From positions 22,004,950-22,068,949 of the forward strand of contig NC_134029.1 of assembly GCF_964204645.1 (NCBI RefSeq): a stretch of 64,000 nucleotides of DNA. Direction: 5' to 3'. Shown here one piece after another: positions 11,904 through 24,100 of the stretch (position 1 is the stretch's first letter; each line of letters opens with the position of its first letter). The notes under the pieces were generated by a model that saw only the letters and a list, made by a program, of their open reading frames with translations, ran no database searches and was not told the origin of the DNA. Made by a program: the position numbers and the translations under genes. The DNA is from Tubulanus polymorphus. Taxonomy: Eukaryota; Animalia; Nemertea.

Positions 11904-14900
11904 ATGGAAATGACAGAATTGGATAAGAACGGCAAGGAATACCGACGAGACGGCACCGCAGATGAACGAAAGTTGATGAACAAACCGGAAAGTGGCCAGC
12001 GTCGAGAAGCTAAAATGGAATTGACTTTGAAGAACGAATTTAGGAATTATTTCAGGCATTCGTCGATGCACGGACTTCGTTATTTAGTTGAACCATCTAT
12101 GTTCAATATGAGGAGGTACGTGCTATATGCTATTCGAATAGCTGTTGAAATTGTAATACAGTTTAATCCAAAAGCATGTGTTTTTCAAATTAGATTATGT
12201 TCCCCTGCGGTTTGCTTGTATGGCCGTATTGCTAATTGTGGTTAAATATCGTTAGACTTCTTTCATTAAGATCGATACATGAAGTGCTCAATCGTGTTTT
12301 TCGAGTATAGTCGAAAAGAACTATTAAATCATATGCTAATCTCGTTAAAGCTGAAAGCGATCTTTCCCATACACTCAAGTAAAGTACCGTCAAAGGGAGT
12401 GCCTTCGGTGTTAGACGCTTTTTTTATATACGGAATGAGATTTTGAAATCTGAAAGGTTTTAATCAAAAGCAATTCTCATAATGCATTTTTGCCGAAAGC
12501 TACTCATGAAAAGCAAACATCGGAGGTTCATTGTTTAATAACTTCAGGAATTTATGGCAAATGCAGTGAATAAGATAGAAATGGCCGAGAAGGCTTAGCA
12601 ATATTCATGGGTTCACGAAATTGGTTTATTGTTTTCAGCGCAACCTGTTGCGACTACCGTTACATCACAATCCACCGAAAACATGTGTTCATTCGATAGG
12701 AACACAGTTTCACAGTATAGTGTGAACAACATAAACATTATCGCAATTAACCATTCAACCATTCGTTAATAATCGATCGCTAATTACCCCCACGAAAATC
12801 AAGATGGCTTCTTCGTGTATAGACTCATATATTCATTATAAAAGCATTTTCGTGTAGGCGAAAGCCAAAAAGTCGGTCATTTGTAATTAATTCATAAAAT
12901 GTGGAGAGTGTTGTGTGTTATAATTGAGGACGGTAATTGTAGTGAGGCCACGATTGTAAGCAACACATCGCGTCGTATTTTGTACACACTCTGACACCGT
13001 GTCAGGACTCAAGGTCACAATTAGATCATCATTCATTTTTGATAAGATAAGCATATACAAATCGATGATCGAATACGCTTAGAATTTGAAACGAAAGCGA
13101 TCATGCAATTCTGCTACGTAGATTGAGTGACTTTTTATTCAAAACTAGTTAAAAGAATCGTGAATTTGTCACTATTTCATGACATACTTTTTTAGTGTCA
13201 ATTTAGATTGAATATTTCCGGAATTATATTGAATATTTCCCGATTCTAAGCTCTATTTCTCCGGCATGTATATTCATACCTCAGCTAGCCTTTGAAACCA
13301 AAACAAAAAATTGACCTCAAAAGCCCTTGAGAGCAAATTAACATTATTACTATATTTAACTTCATGATAATTGATGGAAAACCATCGAAGTACATGGCCG
13401 TTTTGTGATTAGCAATTATCACGGCATCAGCAATTAACGGCAGATTCCAACGGCAAATATGTAAATTACCTTTACTTACCAAAACAGACAATACACGGAA
13501 AGGAACCCGATGATTCATGTAAATAGACCCGAATTGTAGGGTCTTTTTTTATAAAAAACTGTCGTAATTGCAATTTAGACTTATTTGAGATGCAGTTACT
13601 AAATCATTTTCGTCTGGCAGTAGTAATTTAGTTCGTGACATATGCCGCGATATTCGGGACTCGTAAACTCGATTGTAGTCTGGACATAAAGTCACAGAAT
13701 TAAAACAAAGATGTTTGTTCAGTAATCAGTTTCACCCTCGTATATTTTCGTTGCATCATATTCACGGCTAGAAAAACTGACCTCGCAGGAACCAACTCTG
13801 GCATTCGAGTCTATAGCGAATAGTTAGTAATGCGGGCATATTATGCCTAGTTCGTATTGCGAATATATTTATACACCACTTAGAATACCGTATTTAAGTG
13901 ATTTACTTACATGATTCCATTAGCACTGAAAACACTTCTGTGTGACTCACATGAAAACATAGCTGAACCTGCTATAGTTCATATGGACTGGCGATCAATC
14001 GCTTTTATCGATAATACTTAGACTTTTTATTCGATTTTATGGAAATAAATCTCTAGTTACCAATTAGGAATTTAATTCGATTACAGTGTCACTTGGATTA
14101 ACCCACTTGCTTGATAAGAGAAGTAATTCGTCCTTGCGAACTACGTGCATACTGTTTGCCGGTACGGGTATATCGCCGCCGGTGTAAGATTTCGTTTTAT
14201 CACGGATCAGATAACCAGACTTACCCCCAACTCCTTCGTTTCGATAATGCACCCGTTAATATATATACAGTTCATTCAAGCCTCGGTATTTATTTTACAT
14301 CGAATAGCCGCTCATAGATATAGGCTCACCCCCTCCCTCGGACCCCGGTCGTTTTCCCTGTAGAATCCTATGATAATATAAGGTGTATTCAGAATGTGAT
14401 GATATCGAATTGCACCTGTAACAATATGACGAACTTCCCCTCCCCTCCATTTTATTAAGGGGAGCACATAACTGATCATGAATGTAATTTTGTCTTTAAT
14501 CTCGAAAGACACTTAACAGCATTTCGGAATAATGTTCCATACAGAACCGGTACTGTTTTACAAGGGAAGGAATGTGATCTATTTGTCACCTGACACATGT
14601 CGCGTGGGTTCCTCTTTTGTTCGCTCCCGAACATATTTTAGTTGGCATTTGGAAAAAGACCGTAATTACTGTTATGTGGTATGAAGTGCGTCAAAAGTTT
14701 TGTGAAAAATGAATGTGTGAAATATAATAGTGACTTTTGTGAAGAAAGTTATGGATGGCTCCGGGGGTGGTTACGTAAAAATTCCAGTGTTTTGTATTGA
14801 ATCTCGTGAACAAGTTTTTTGGTATTTCATGGGTGCAAAATTGAAGGGGTTGGAATTCATAACGATAACGATGAAACTGTCATAATTCATGAAAATTAAT

Positions 14901-17900
14901 GTGTGTTTAATGATGATTTACACCTACGTGAAATGATAGTGCTTGAATGAGACAATTCTGATCTTTGATCAAATCAAAAATACAAGTTATCTAGTTTGGT
15001 TTCATCTAGGATATTATGTGGTTTACCGCACAGCGATTCGTGATGAATCAAAGCATAGATTTGTTTTTATAAGGTGGTTTATTTGGTTGATCTATGATTA
15101 TTATTTTGAAAAATGATTACTTTTCAGAATTTTGTGGTTAATCGCTATACTGGTAGTGGTTACGCTGTATTTTTACTCAGTGATCGGTGCCATTATGTGA
15201 GTAACGCTGGGATATATATGTTAAGTTACGAAAATAAAGCTTTCTAGGCGTTCTAAAAATGTCTTCACTATACCTGAGATGTATTTTTGCCAATAACCCC
15301 TTGCCGGGTACGTTACCCGAGGCGGTTGTGAGATATTTCACAAATGAACCGCCAGGCAACGTCAAACATCGCTAAATATCTATAACAAACATGATATTAT
15401 TACATCCTTATCAATAAAATCAAAAATTCGTAAAGACTATGAATATTTGATAAAATACACTATTGCATACTCTGTTTTGGATGCGAATTGATTACTCGAA
15501 TTATTTTATCAAAATGAAATCATGAAGGTTGTTTTTCTGTAGGTATTACTTGTCTTATCCTACGTCTATGATCTACACTCTACAACAGAATATGGTGCTT
15601 GCGTTCCCAACGATTACAATTTGCAATTTAAACCAATGTAGGTGAGTGCTAGCTATTAGGGCACTAAGAGTTTCTTCAGCGAATTCGCTTGAAGTCATTC
15701 CTTAAGTATATCATTAAAGTCATTTCGTAAGTATCGGTCATTAAATGCGTCAAAGATAAATTACTTTTTTTGTACTTCCAGACTTTCAACTGCGCAAAAA
15801 TTACCATATCACGAAGACAGATTCATGCGTGAGTATAATATTAATTTGCATTAATGATAATAATGAGTCAAATAAATAATTTCATTTAGTTTAAACAACT
15901 CGTAATATACGCGTATGCGATGTATGAATTTTAGCGACTGATTCGGAGTCGAATTTGACCACGTATTACGAAGACTGCGCACACAATAAATACGATATGA
16001 TTACAAGGTAACGCATACTTAAAATATGCATAGAAAATGCATAATCAAAAAGCGAAATATTTTCATTTACGCATCACCAATTTGTAAAGAATGTAGTTTG
16101 AATGTTTGTTTTTTTTCTAGTTGTGAATGGAATGATTTGCGGTGTGAACCGAGTGATTTCGACTCGGTTGTGATAGATTCGCGAATTTGCTACGTTTTCG
16201 CTCCGAAATCTAAAGGCGTCAACGTACCGCTGACAGTGGATAAAGCAGGTATATTTCCGCGAGACGCTCTTGTGTATATACGATCAGTTCCCCGGGTAAA
16301 TTGGTAGAGAAACTTGATAAGCAGGCTCTTGTTTAATGTGATATATAAAGCTGTACGTTACCTCCTGAACATGTCAAAAGCTTCCGAGGGGAAATTGACC
16401 CGATGTGAAAGATCATTGCATATACCCACCATACTTACCGAGTCATCCGACGAAGATGTTCAGAATTTTTCCCCAGAGGCAGAAACAATTACAACACGAG
16501 CGTTATTACTGTCCTAATAGCATTCGACACTTCCTGATATCATACAACCCTAGCCGATAGACAGCTGACAAATACTGATGTTGAAGGACTATCGCAAAAA
16601 TACGTATTTCAAAGCGACCATGATTTATGATTTTGTAGGTACAAAATTCGGATTGAAATTGACCGTGAATACAGAGCAGTACAAATACACAGGATATAGT
16701 CCAGAAGCGGGATTAAAAGTGGGTGTTTTTACGGAGTTAAAGAGTTCGAAAAGATTAAGATAAACATTAGAATAAACATAGATATGTTAGTTATTTCAAT
16801 TTTGTTAGTTATTCCGTATTTCTGTATTTTTAGATATACGTCCACGACGCGTCGTCATTGCCCGATCCTGGTGAAGCTATGATGGTCGGGGCGGGAACTA
16901 ATAATTTGATAGCAGTCCAATCTGCTGAGGTAAATGAATACGCATTTACGTAGAACTATACCCGGTAATCTCTTATTCAAAGTGTTTCCTTAAAGTATTG
17001 ATACACACTATTTTTTCCATAGACTCGAGCTTTGCCGGTTCCGTACGGGGTTTGTGTTAGCTCAAAAGAACTCGAGTACTTCCAAGTGTACAACGAAGTA
17101 AACTGTAGGGTCGAGTGCCGTGCTAAGTATTTACTACAGAAATGTGGATGTATCGACGAGCCGTTATTACCCGTTAATATATTAAAAACAGGTTAGTCTT
17201 ATAAAACAAATCTAATGTAAAAAAGTTCGGAGTGAACTAAAAGGAAAAAGTCCCTGGGTGGGCTCGAACCACCAACCTTTCGGTTAACAGCCGATCGCGC
17301 TGACCGATTACGCCACAGAGACAATTAATGCTTAAGTAGATTTCAGCGATTCCGGCAAGTGAAAAACCATTCAATGTTGTAGTTTTTGTTTTCAGGCGTT
17401 AATGACAGCGTGACGATTTGTACAGTTGGAAAATACTACGACTGCGTTTTAGGGGCTGTTGGTAAGCGCTTCTGAAATACTTCCTGTCCTGTCGCAATAT
17501 CTTACGTGAAATAAACTTGACAAATTAAATCGCTTTCATTCCAGCTGAATTTAAGACGGAAAGTATCAATTTGTGCAATTGCACTCCCAATTGTCTCACA
17601 CGAAAATACAAAACTGCGACGAGCCAGGCGACAATGGCGAAGGCGTATCTGGCAAGTATGGATGACAGTTCGTCTGCCATCCAAATAAACCGGGCAATTC
17701 AGGGTTATTCAGATTCGCGTTTAAAACGATACGCCAGCAGTACGCTGACCACTGACCACGAAGAGGCTCTTTTCCGTCATTTTCTGGACGGCGTATCGGA
17801 CCTGGCGAGTTGGGGCTGGGCCGCGATCCGCACATCCGTACAATCTATCATCGAACGGATGCAAACGTTGTCAGAAGCCCGGAATGGATGGGGGATGTAC

Positions 17901-19532
17901 AGACAAGCGGCCGTTGAAGCTATCAATCAATACAATCGAACTTTTAGGTACCAATTGACGGAAGTGTTCGAAGGCGCGAGACTCACTCTGACCTCTTATT
18001 TGGATGTTTTGTCGTCATATGCCTACGTGCACGGTCGAACACGGGCTTCCAATAAACAACTAGATCCGACTGAGCGTTCGTTGCTGAAATATAAACGTGA
18101 TAATTTCCGGATGCAATACGATCACACCATGGCCGCGCTCGAATTCGTCGAGTCGCTTTTCATCCGGGGTCGACTGAAAGACCTGAATTCGGAACAGCGT
18201 CGCCTGAGAGAGGAGTTCCGCTTCGGACTCGAATCGTTGAAAAGAAACGAATCGGCCGTCGCCGCCCTGAAGACTTCTGAATTCTTCCGATTCTACGCCG
18301 TGGCCGAAGACTTTCGCGAGCGCATTTTACCGCGGGGCGAAGCCGCTTACAAACAGTTCGGCACCCGCTTGAGCGAAAGTGTGATAAACATGCGAAATCT
18401 CGAAAATTCGCTGAATTTACATCTGCGAATTTTAGCGAACGAGTTTTCATTCTGTAACGACTGTGATACTAATCTATTAGACATAACTAGTCAGTGGAAT
18501 CGACTTTACGCTAAATATTTTACAAATCAAAATAGCGTCAACGTCGATGTGCGCAAAGAGGTGTACAACAAGACATTGGAAAACCTGAAATATTTAACTA
18601 AATTAATGGATAACTTATCGAGACATTTGAAAACGACCGAAAATAGCACTTACATAGTTTTGAACACGTTAGAACAAATGTACACAGTATGCATCGATAG
18701 CGTTCTGATCAAAGACATAAATCTTGGAAAATTTGCCATTTGGAACGAAACCAGTTCGATCGTTGAAATGCCGACAAAATGGGGCAATTTCGCACATTCC
18801 AGGCAACTGTTCAAATCGGTTTTTCAAGATATCATGGGCCGCTTGAAATCGAAGTACATCTCCGGTATCCCGAAACATCCCGCTTCGGATAAGAAGCCGG
18901 AATTTCAGTCGTTGACGGAGAACCTCGCCAACAGACGGCGATTGGTTCTCGAACCACTGAAAACATTTAGCTCATACATGGAATCTTTCCTGGACAGTAT
19001 TAATAAAACAAATATCAATTCTGGAATGTTTTATTTGTGAGTATCGCGACCGTTTTGGATGTGATTTGAATATTTTTCTTGATTCGAGAAATTAATGATC
19101 GTTTTCTACTATTCGTTTTATCGCAGTGATAACTTTCTTACGCTGAATGTATATTTAAAAGACCTGACGACTGAGACGTATACAATGGTAGCTATGAGCA
19201 GCCCTCAATCACTTCTTATAGGTCAGTATTTACGCTAAATAATCTACAACTTCTTACCAACAAATAAAACAGCGCTATTTTGATTGAGTTCCCACATTGA
19301 GGTAATTCTGTTGGTAATTTCCCTCCAATTTGAATTCAATTATATCGATCGTCTCACGATGATGAATTCTCTATTTTCCGCAGCCATTGGAAGTTTTGGT
19401 GCAATATTTATTGGTGCTAGCCTGGTGACTTTGTTGGAGATCGTAGACGTCGTGCTACATCACGCGGCCAAACGATTCTGTCGACCGCCGAACAGCAAAG
19501 ACATTCACACGACCAGTACAACTGCTGTTTGA
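11904..19532 (+). CDS. DEG/ENaC (ASIC-like) sodium channel subunit, ~13 exons
   Basis: Exons 11904-12115 (SSMHG, the HG motif), 15128-15196 (TM1), 15543-15641 (FPTITICNLN), 15782-15828, 15935-16007, 16121-16248, 16639-16718 (FGLKLTVNTEQ..Y...AGLK), 16834-16929, 17023-17191 (PYGVC...C..EC....C.C), 17396-17461, 17545-19036, 19127-19221 and 19384-19532 (FIGASLVTLLEI, the GAS filter). Some internal boundaries may be off by a few nt. Confidence 0.92.
17249..17322 (-). tRNA. trnN-GTT: tRNA-Asn (GTT), slightly divergent, inside an ENaC intron
   Basis: Reverse complement reads GTCTCTGTGGCGTAATCGGTCAGCGCGATCGGCTGTTAACCGAAAGGTTGGTGGTTCGAGCCCACCCAGGGAC, near-identical to metazoan tRNA-Asn. A and B boxes are present and TTTTT follows directly. 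Confidence 0.9.
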
Positions 19533-21116
19533 ATGTTTACATATCGAATGTTATATTTGGAAAATCCGCTCCCCGTGATTGTTAGATAATCGGCATTAAG
19601 AAATGTCCGTTCTAAAACGCAATTTTTTCTATACATCATATATAAACCTATCTATTTTCATTCTCGCTGATAAGCTCATATAATGAGCGACATGAGACAC
19701 AAATGCAGGAAGAACTCTGTAAAATCATTTGTTTGTCTTCGAGAAAAAACCACGAAAATCCCGTTTCGTCGTTGGAAACATCGCTGTGCTCTATGCTTGA
19801 ACCTTTTTTCTAGACTTAGAAAGCCGTCCAGAATATTGCGAATAACACGAATAAATGAGAATGAAATCTTCAAAAGTAATCATCAGAATTTCGTCCGTCG
19901 CAATTTAATTACCGGTCGAATTCGTCAGACTCGATATTAGTTTGAATGTAAATATTGAATATATGTATATATATATATACGTAAGTTTTCTAATGAAATT
20001 AGATAATCTGTTTATGAATCACCATGACCCGCTGCTGAAAACAACCTAAGCTTCTCAAATATCTACGAACTTGTAGAAATAATTGTATTCAGAAATAAGA
20101 TCACCGATTAATTCAGTGATGAATCTTCTGAGTTGATAAGAAAATAATTTAAAGAGTTGATAAAAAGCTATATTCAAAATAAGCGTTCTTGTTATCGTTG
20201 ATGAATGTAAATTGCAATTGAGAGGGAGAGAGAGGTCTGACTGATACAGCTTATCTATTCTCTTTGGAGCGCGAAACCACTGGGGATGACTGGATAACTG
20301 TGGCGTGAAAGCCTGGATGAAACTGATAGACGTGTGATGTCAACCATCAAATACATCCGACGCATCTTCGAAATCCTTCTCCGAATCGGTCGAAAGGAAA
20401 CAACTCGAGCGAGTATATTCTACGGTGGAGCTGAATCTTATTTATTTTCAATTCGACAACAAATTATATGATCTGCACATATGATTATCATGTACAACGT
20501 ATGTAACAGATGATTCTACAGTTATATATATTATACGTTGGAACAATACAAAAAGACCTGATTACACGGCAACGATGTCCAACACGATCCCTACAGAAAA
20601 TACGAATTTCTCCGTCAAAACGACTCCGTTTCAGCTCATTAATCATTATACATTACCGACTTATACCTCATCGTTAACTATTACAACGTGTAACTTTAAT
20701 TACAAATATATTGATATAAAACGACACCGAAGGCTACGATTGGTTGATTCGTCCATGTGCGTTGTATGACTTATAAATAACGCGCTGTTTGATTATTTTT
20801 TGGAGAGAGCGCTATATTCGTCAGAAAACGTCGAAACGTATAATATAATAATGTTCGATCGATACAACATTTTTAGATTATATATTTATATATATATTCG
20901 ATTTAAATTCCTCCCCTCGTTATTTACTAATAACTTAATCAGAGGAGTTTGAGGAATACAGGCACAATATGTACTCGGGTCCATACTCGTGTTGATTGGG
21001 TTCATGCTCACAATATAATACTGAACTTATTGTACATAAAGAATAGCGGGGGAGAACTCAAAAAAAATATTTCGTTCATTCGTTTTAGTCAAAAAGTCAG
21101 CCATAATTTTGAACTC

Positions 21117-24100
21117 TCAATTGCAGTAATGTTCTTCCACATTCCGTTTACATTTTTTACACTCAACGCGACAGCACCAGTAGAATTTGCAGTCACAGTC
21201 CTCTTGTATTTCCTTGATGGTCGTATAGTAACCGCGGCCGCAACACATGAGCTGGCAGCCGTCTAGACCGGGGCTCGTCTTATTACACAGACGACCCGAT
21301 GTGCCAATCGCGCCCAAATCCGGGTTGTATTCACAATAATCCGGCGATTCCTCCAAGTAAACTAAGTCCAACTTGGTGGGTTTTTTCTGTGTTTTCTCCA
21401 CAGGTCTTAAGCGATTCTTCTTCTTATTTAGTTTAACTTTACTGGCGCCGTCGAACCGGCCCTTCAAATAGAGCCCGATGCTCCGGAAACTGTCCATTGT
21501 TCTCCAACAGATTTTCATGCTACACGAGCCTGATACGCCATGACACTTACATAACAATTTCAAGTTCTTGGTAATGCCCTGAAATCAAAGATCTTGTTTT
21601 ATTAGTAATCTAGAATGAGGAATTTTGCAAGTAACATATCTATTCTTACAAGCCTCAATGCATAGATTTAAACGTATCCCTATTATTATGTATAATTAGC
21701 CATATTTTGATTGCGATCAAAGGTATTGTCTGAGTTTTTTTATCAGACATTCAATTTCACTCAATCAACCTGTGGCAAGTGAATGTCGTTACGAATTAAA
21801 AGTATAGATGGCGTAAAGGTCGGCGTGGAAATGAAAAACGAAATTGCCGCCAAAAATATGGTTCATATGATTGGCTCGTTCTGGAAAAACGACGTCATTG
21901 CTTCACTCTGATTGGCTAAATATTGATCACATGGAATAATACCGTATGTTTGTAAACAACACGCGAATGTTCTAGCACGTTCTACACAGATCTACATAGA
22001 TCGAGTCAAAAATTATGAATAATGCAAAGAAATCTCTGGAAATCTGTAGAACGAGGGGACTACGAATAAATACCACGGTCTGGGAGGCTTGGATCATTCA
22101 CTGTTTCAACTGCAGAGGCATTACACGAAGAAACGAAGAAAACTTTAAAGCGACAAATTTAATTATAACGACGACTGAATAACGAAGATGAAAGCTCCAG
22201 CAATTGGTATCGACTTGGGAACTACTTATTCCTGTGTTGGTGTGTTCCAGCATGGTAAAGTAGAGATCATCGCTAATGACCAGGGAAACCGAACTACTCC
22301 GAGTTATGTGGCCTTCACTGATTCGGAACGACTGATCGGGGACGCCGCCAAGAACCAAGTGGCTATGAATCCGGCGAACACGATATTCGACGCTAAACGA
22401 CTCGTCGGACGGAAGATTACAGATGAGGCCGTACAGCAAGATATGAAACACTGGCCGTTCAAAGTATGTAGCGACAGCGCCGGTAAACCCGTCGTCGAAG
22501 TCGAATTCAAAGGAGACATGAAGAAGTTTTCGCCGCAAGAAGTCAGTTCGATGGTGTTGACGAAAATGAAAGAAACGGCCGAGGCATTTTTGGGACAACG
22601 CGTTCGAGACGCCGTTATCACTGTACCGGCTTACTTCAACGACTCGCAGAGACAAGCGACAAAAGACGCCGGAATCATCGCCGGTCTGAACGTCCTGCGA
22701 ATTATCAACGAACCCACGGCTGCGGCTTTGGCTTACGGACTCGATAAGAACTTGAAGGGTGAGCGAAATGTGTTGATTTTCGATTTGGGAGGCGGGACAT
22801 TCGATGTTTCAATACTCACGATCGATGAAGGCTCGTTGTTCGAAGTTCGTTCGACGGCCGGTGATACGCATCTGGGAGGCGAAGATTTCGATAATCGTTT
22901 GGTGTCGCACTTCGTCGAAGAGTTCAAGCGTAAATTCAAGAAAGACTTGTCGGTGAACCCGAGATCGTTGCGCCGTTTGAGAACGGCTTGCGAACGCGCT
23001 AAACGCACGTTATCCACGAGCGCCACCGCAAATATCGAAATCGACTCTGTATTCGAAGGAATCGACTTCTATTCGTCGATTACTCGAGCCAGATTCGAGG
23101 AACTCTGTTCGGATCTATTCCGAAAAACGATGGAACCAGTGGAGAAAGCGATACGCGACGCGAAAATTGACAAGTCGAAGATTCACGACGTTGTTCTCGT
23201 TGGTGGTTCGACGAGAATTCCTAAAATCCAGAAACTGCTCCAAGAATTAATGAATGGAAGAGAACTGAATAAGTCCATAAACCCGGATGAGGCTGTGGCT
23301 TATGGGGCGGCGGTGCAGGCCGCCGTCATCACTAATGTAGCCGATAGCACCATACAAGATGTATTACTGGTTGATGTGGCCCCACTTTCCCTCGGTATCG
23401 AAACCGCTGGCGGGGTAATGACCAAAATCGTTGAAAGAAACGCCAAAATTCCGTGTAAGGCAAACGAGACATTTACTACGTATTCCGATAACCAGCCCGG
23501 AGTTACAATCCAGGTTTACGAAGGCGAACGCGCTATGACGAAAGACAACAATCTTCTGGGAACTTTCGAGCTGTCGGGCATCCCGCCTGCGCCGAGAGGT
23601 GTCCCGAAAATCGACGTCGCTTTCGACATCGACGCTAACGGCATCCTGAATGTTACGGCGCAGGATAAAGCTACGGGAAAATCCAACCAAATCACGATTA
23701 CGAACGACAAGAGCCGTTTGAGTAAAGAGGAAATAGAAAGAATGGTCGCAGACGCCGAGAAATACAAAGACGCCGATGACAAACAACGAGAGAAAATAGC
23801 CGCGAGAAATAAACTGGAAAGTACGGTATTCACTTATAAACAGACTGTCGAAGAAAATGAAAGTAAATTGTCGGACTCAGATAAAGAAAGTGTTAAATCT
23901 AAATGTAAAGAAGTAATGGAGTGGTTGGATAATAATAGTTTGGCTGAGAAAGATGAATTCGAACACCAATTGGAAGAGTTGCAGAAAGTCTGTACACCGG
24001 TGACTGCTAAGATATATCAGCAGCAGTCACAGAGTAGTGCCGCCGGAGGATGTGGTTCAAAGGGTCCGACTGTTGAAGAAGTCGATTAAATCTACAGCTT

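Noticed and set aside
12194-12770. Possible duplicated ENaC TM1/post-TM1 exons in intron 1
   Set aside because: In-frame stops and no FPxxTxCN motif; the exons at 15128 and 15543 account for this part of the protein.
20198-20240. Resemblance to the U3 snoRNA 3' end (TGATGA ... GAGAGGGAGAGA..GGTCTGA)
   Set aside because: No U3 5' domain upstream, and the match is mostly a GA low-complexity run.
22098-23833. Several antisense ORFs overlapping Hsp70
   Set aside because: Well-known shadow ORFs caused by Hsp70 codon usage; no independent support.
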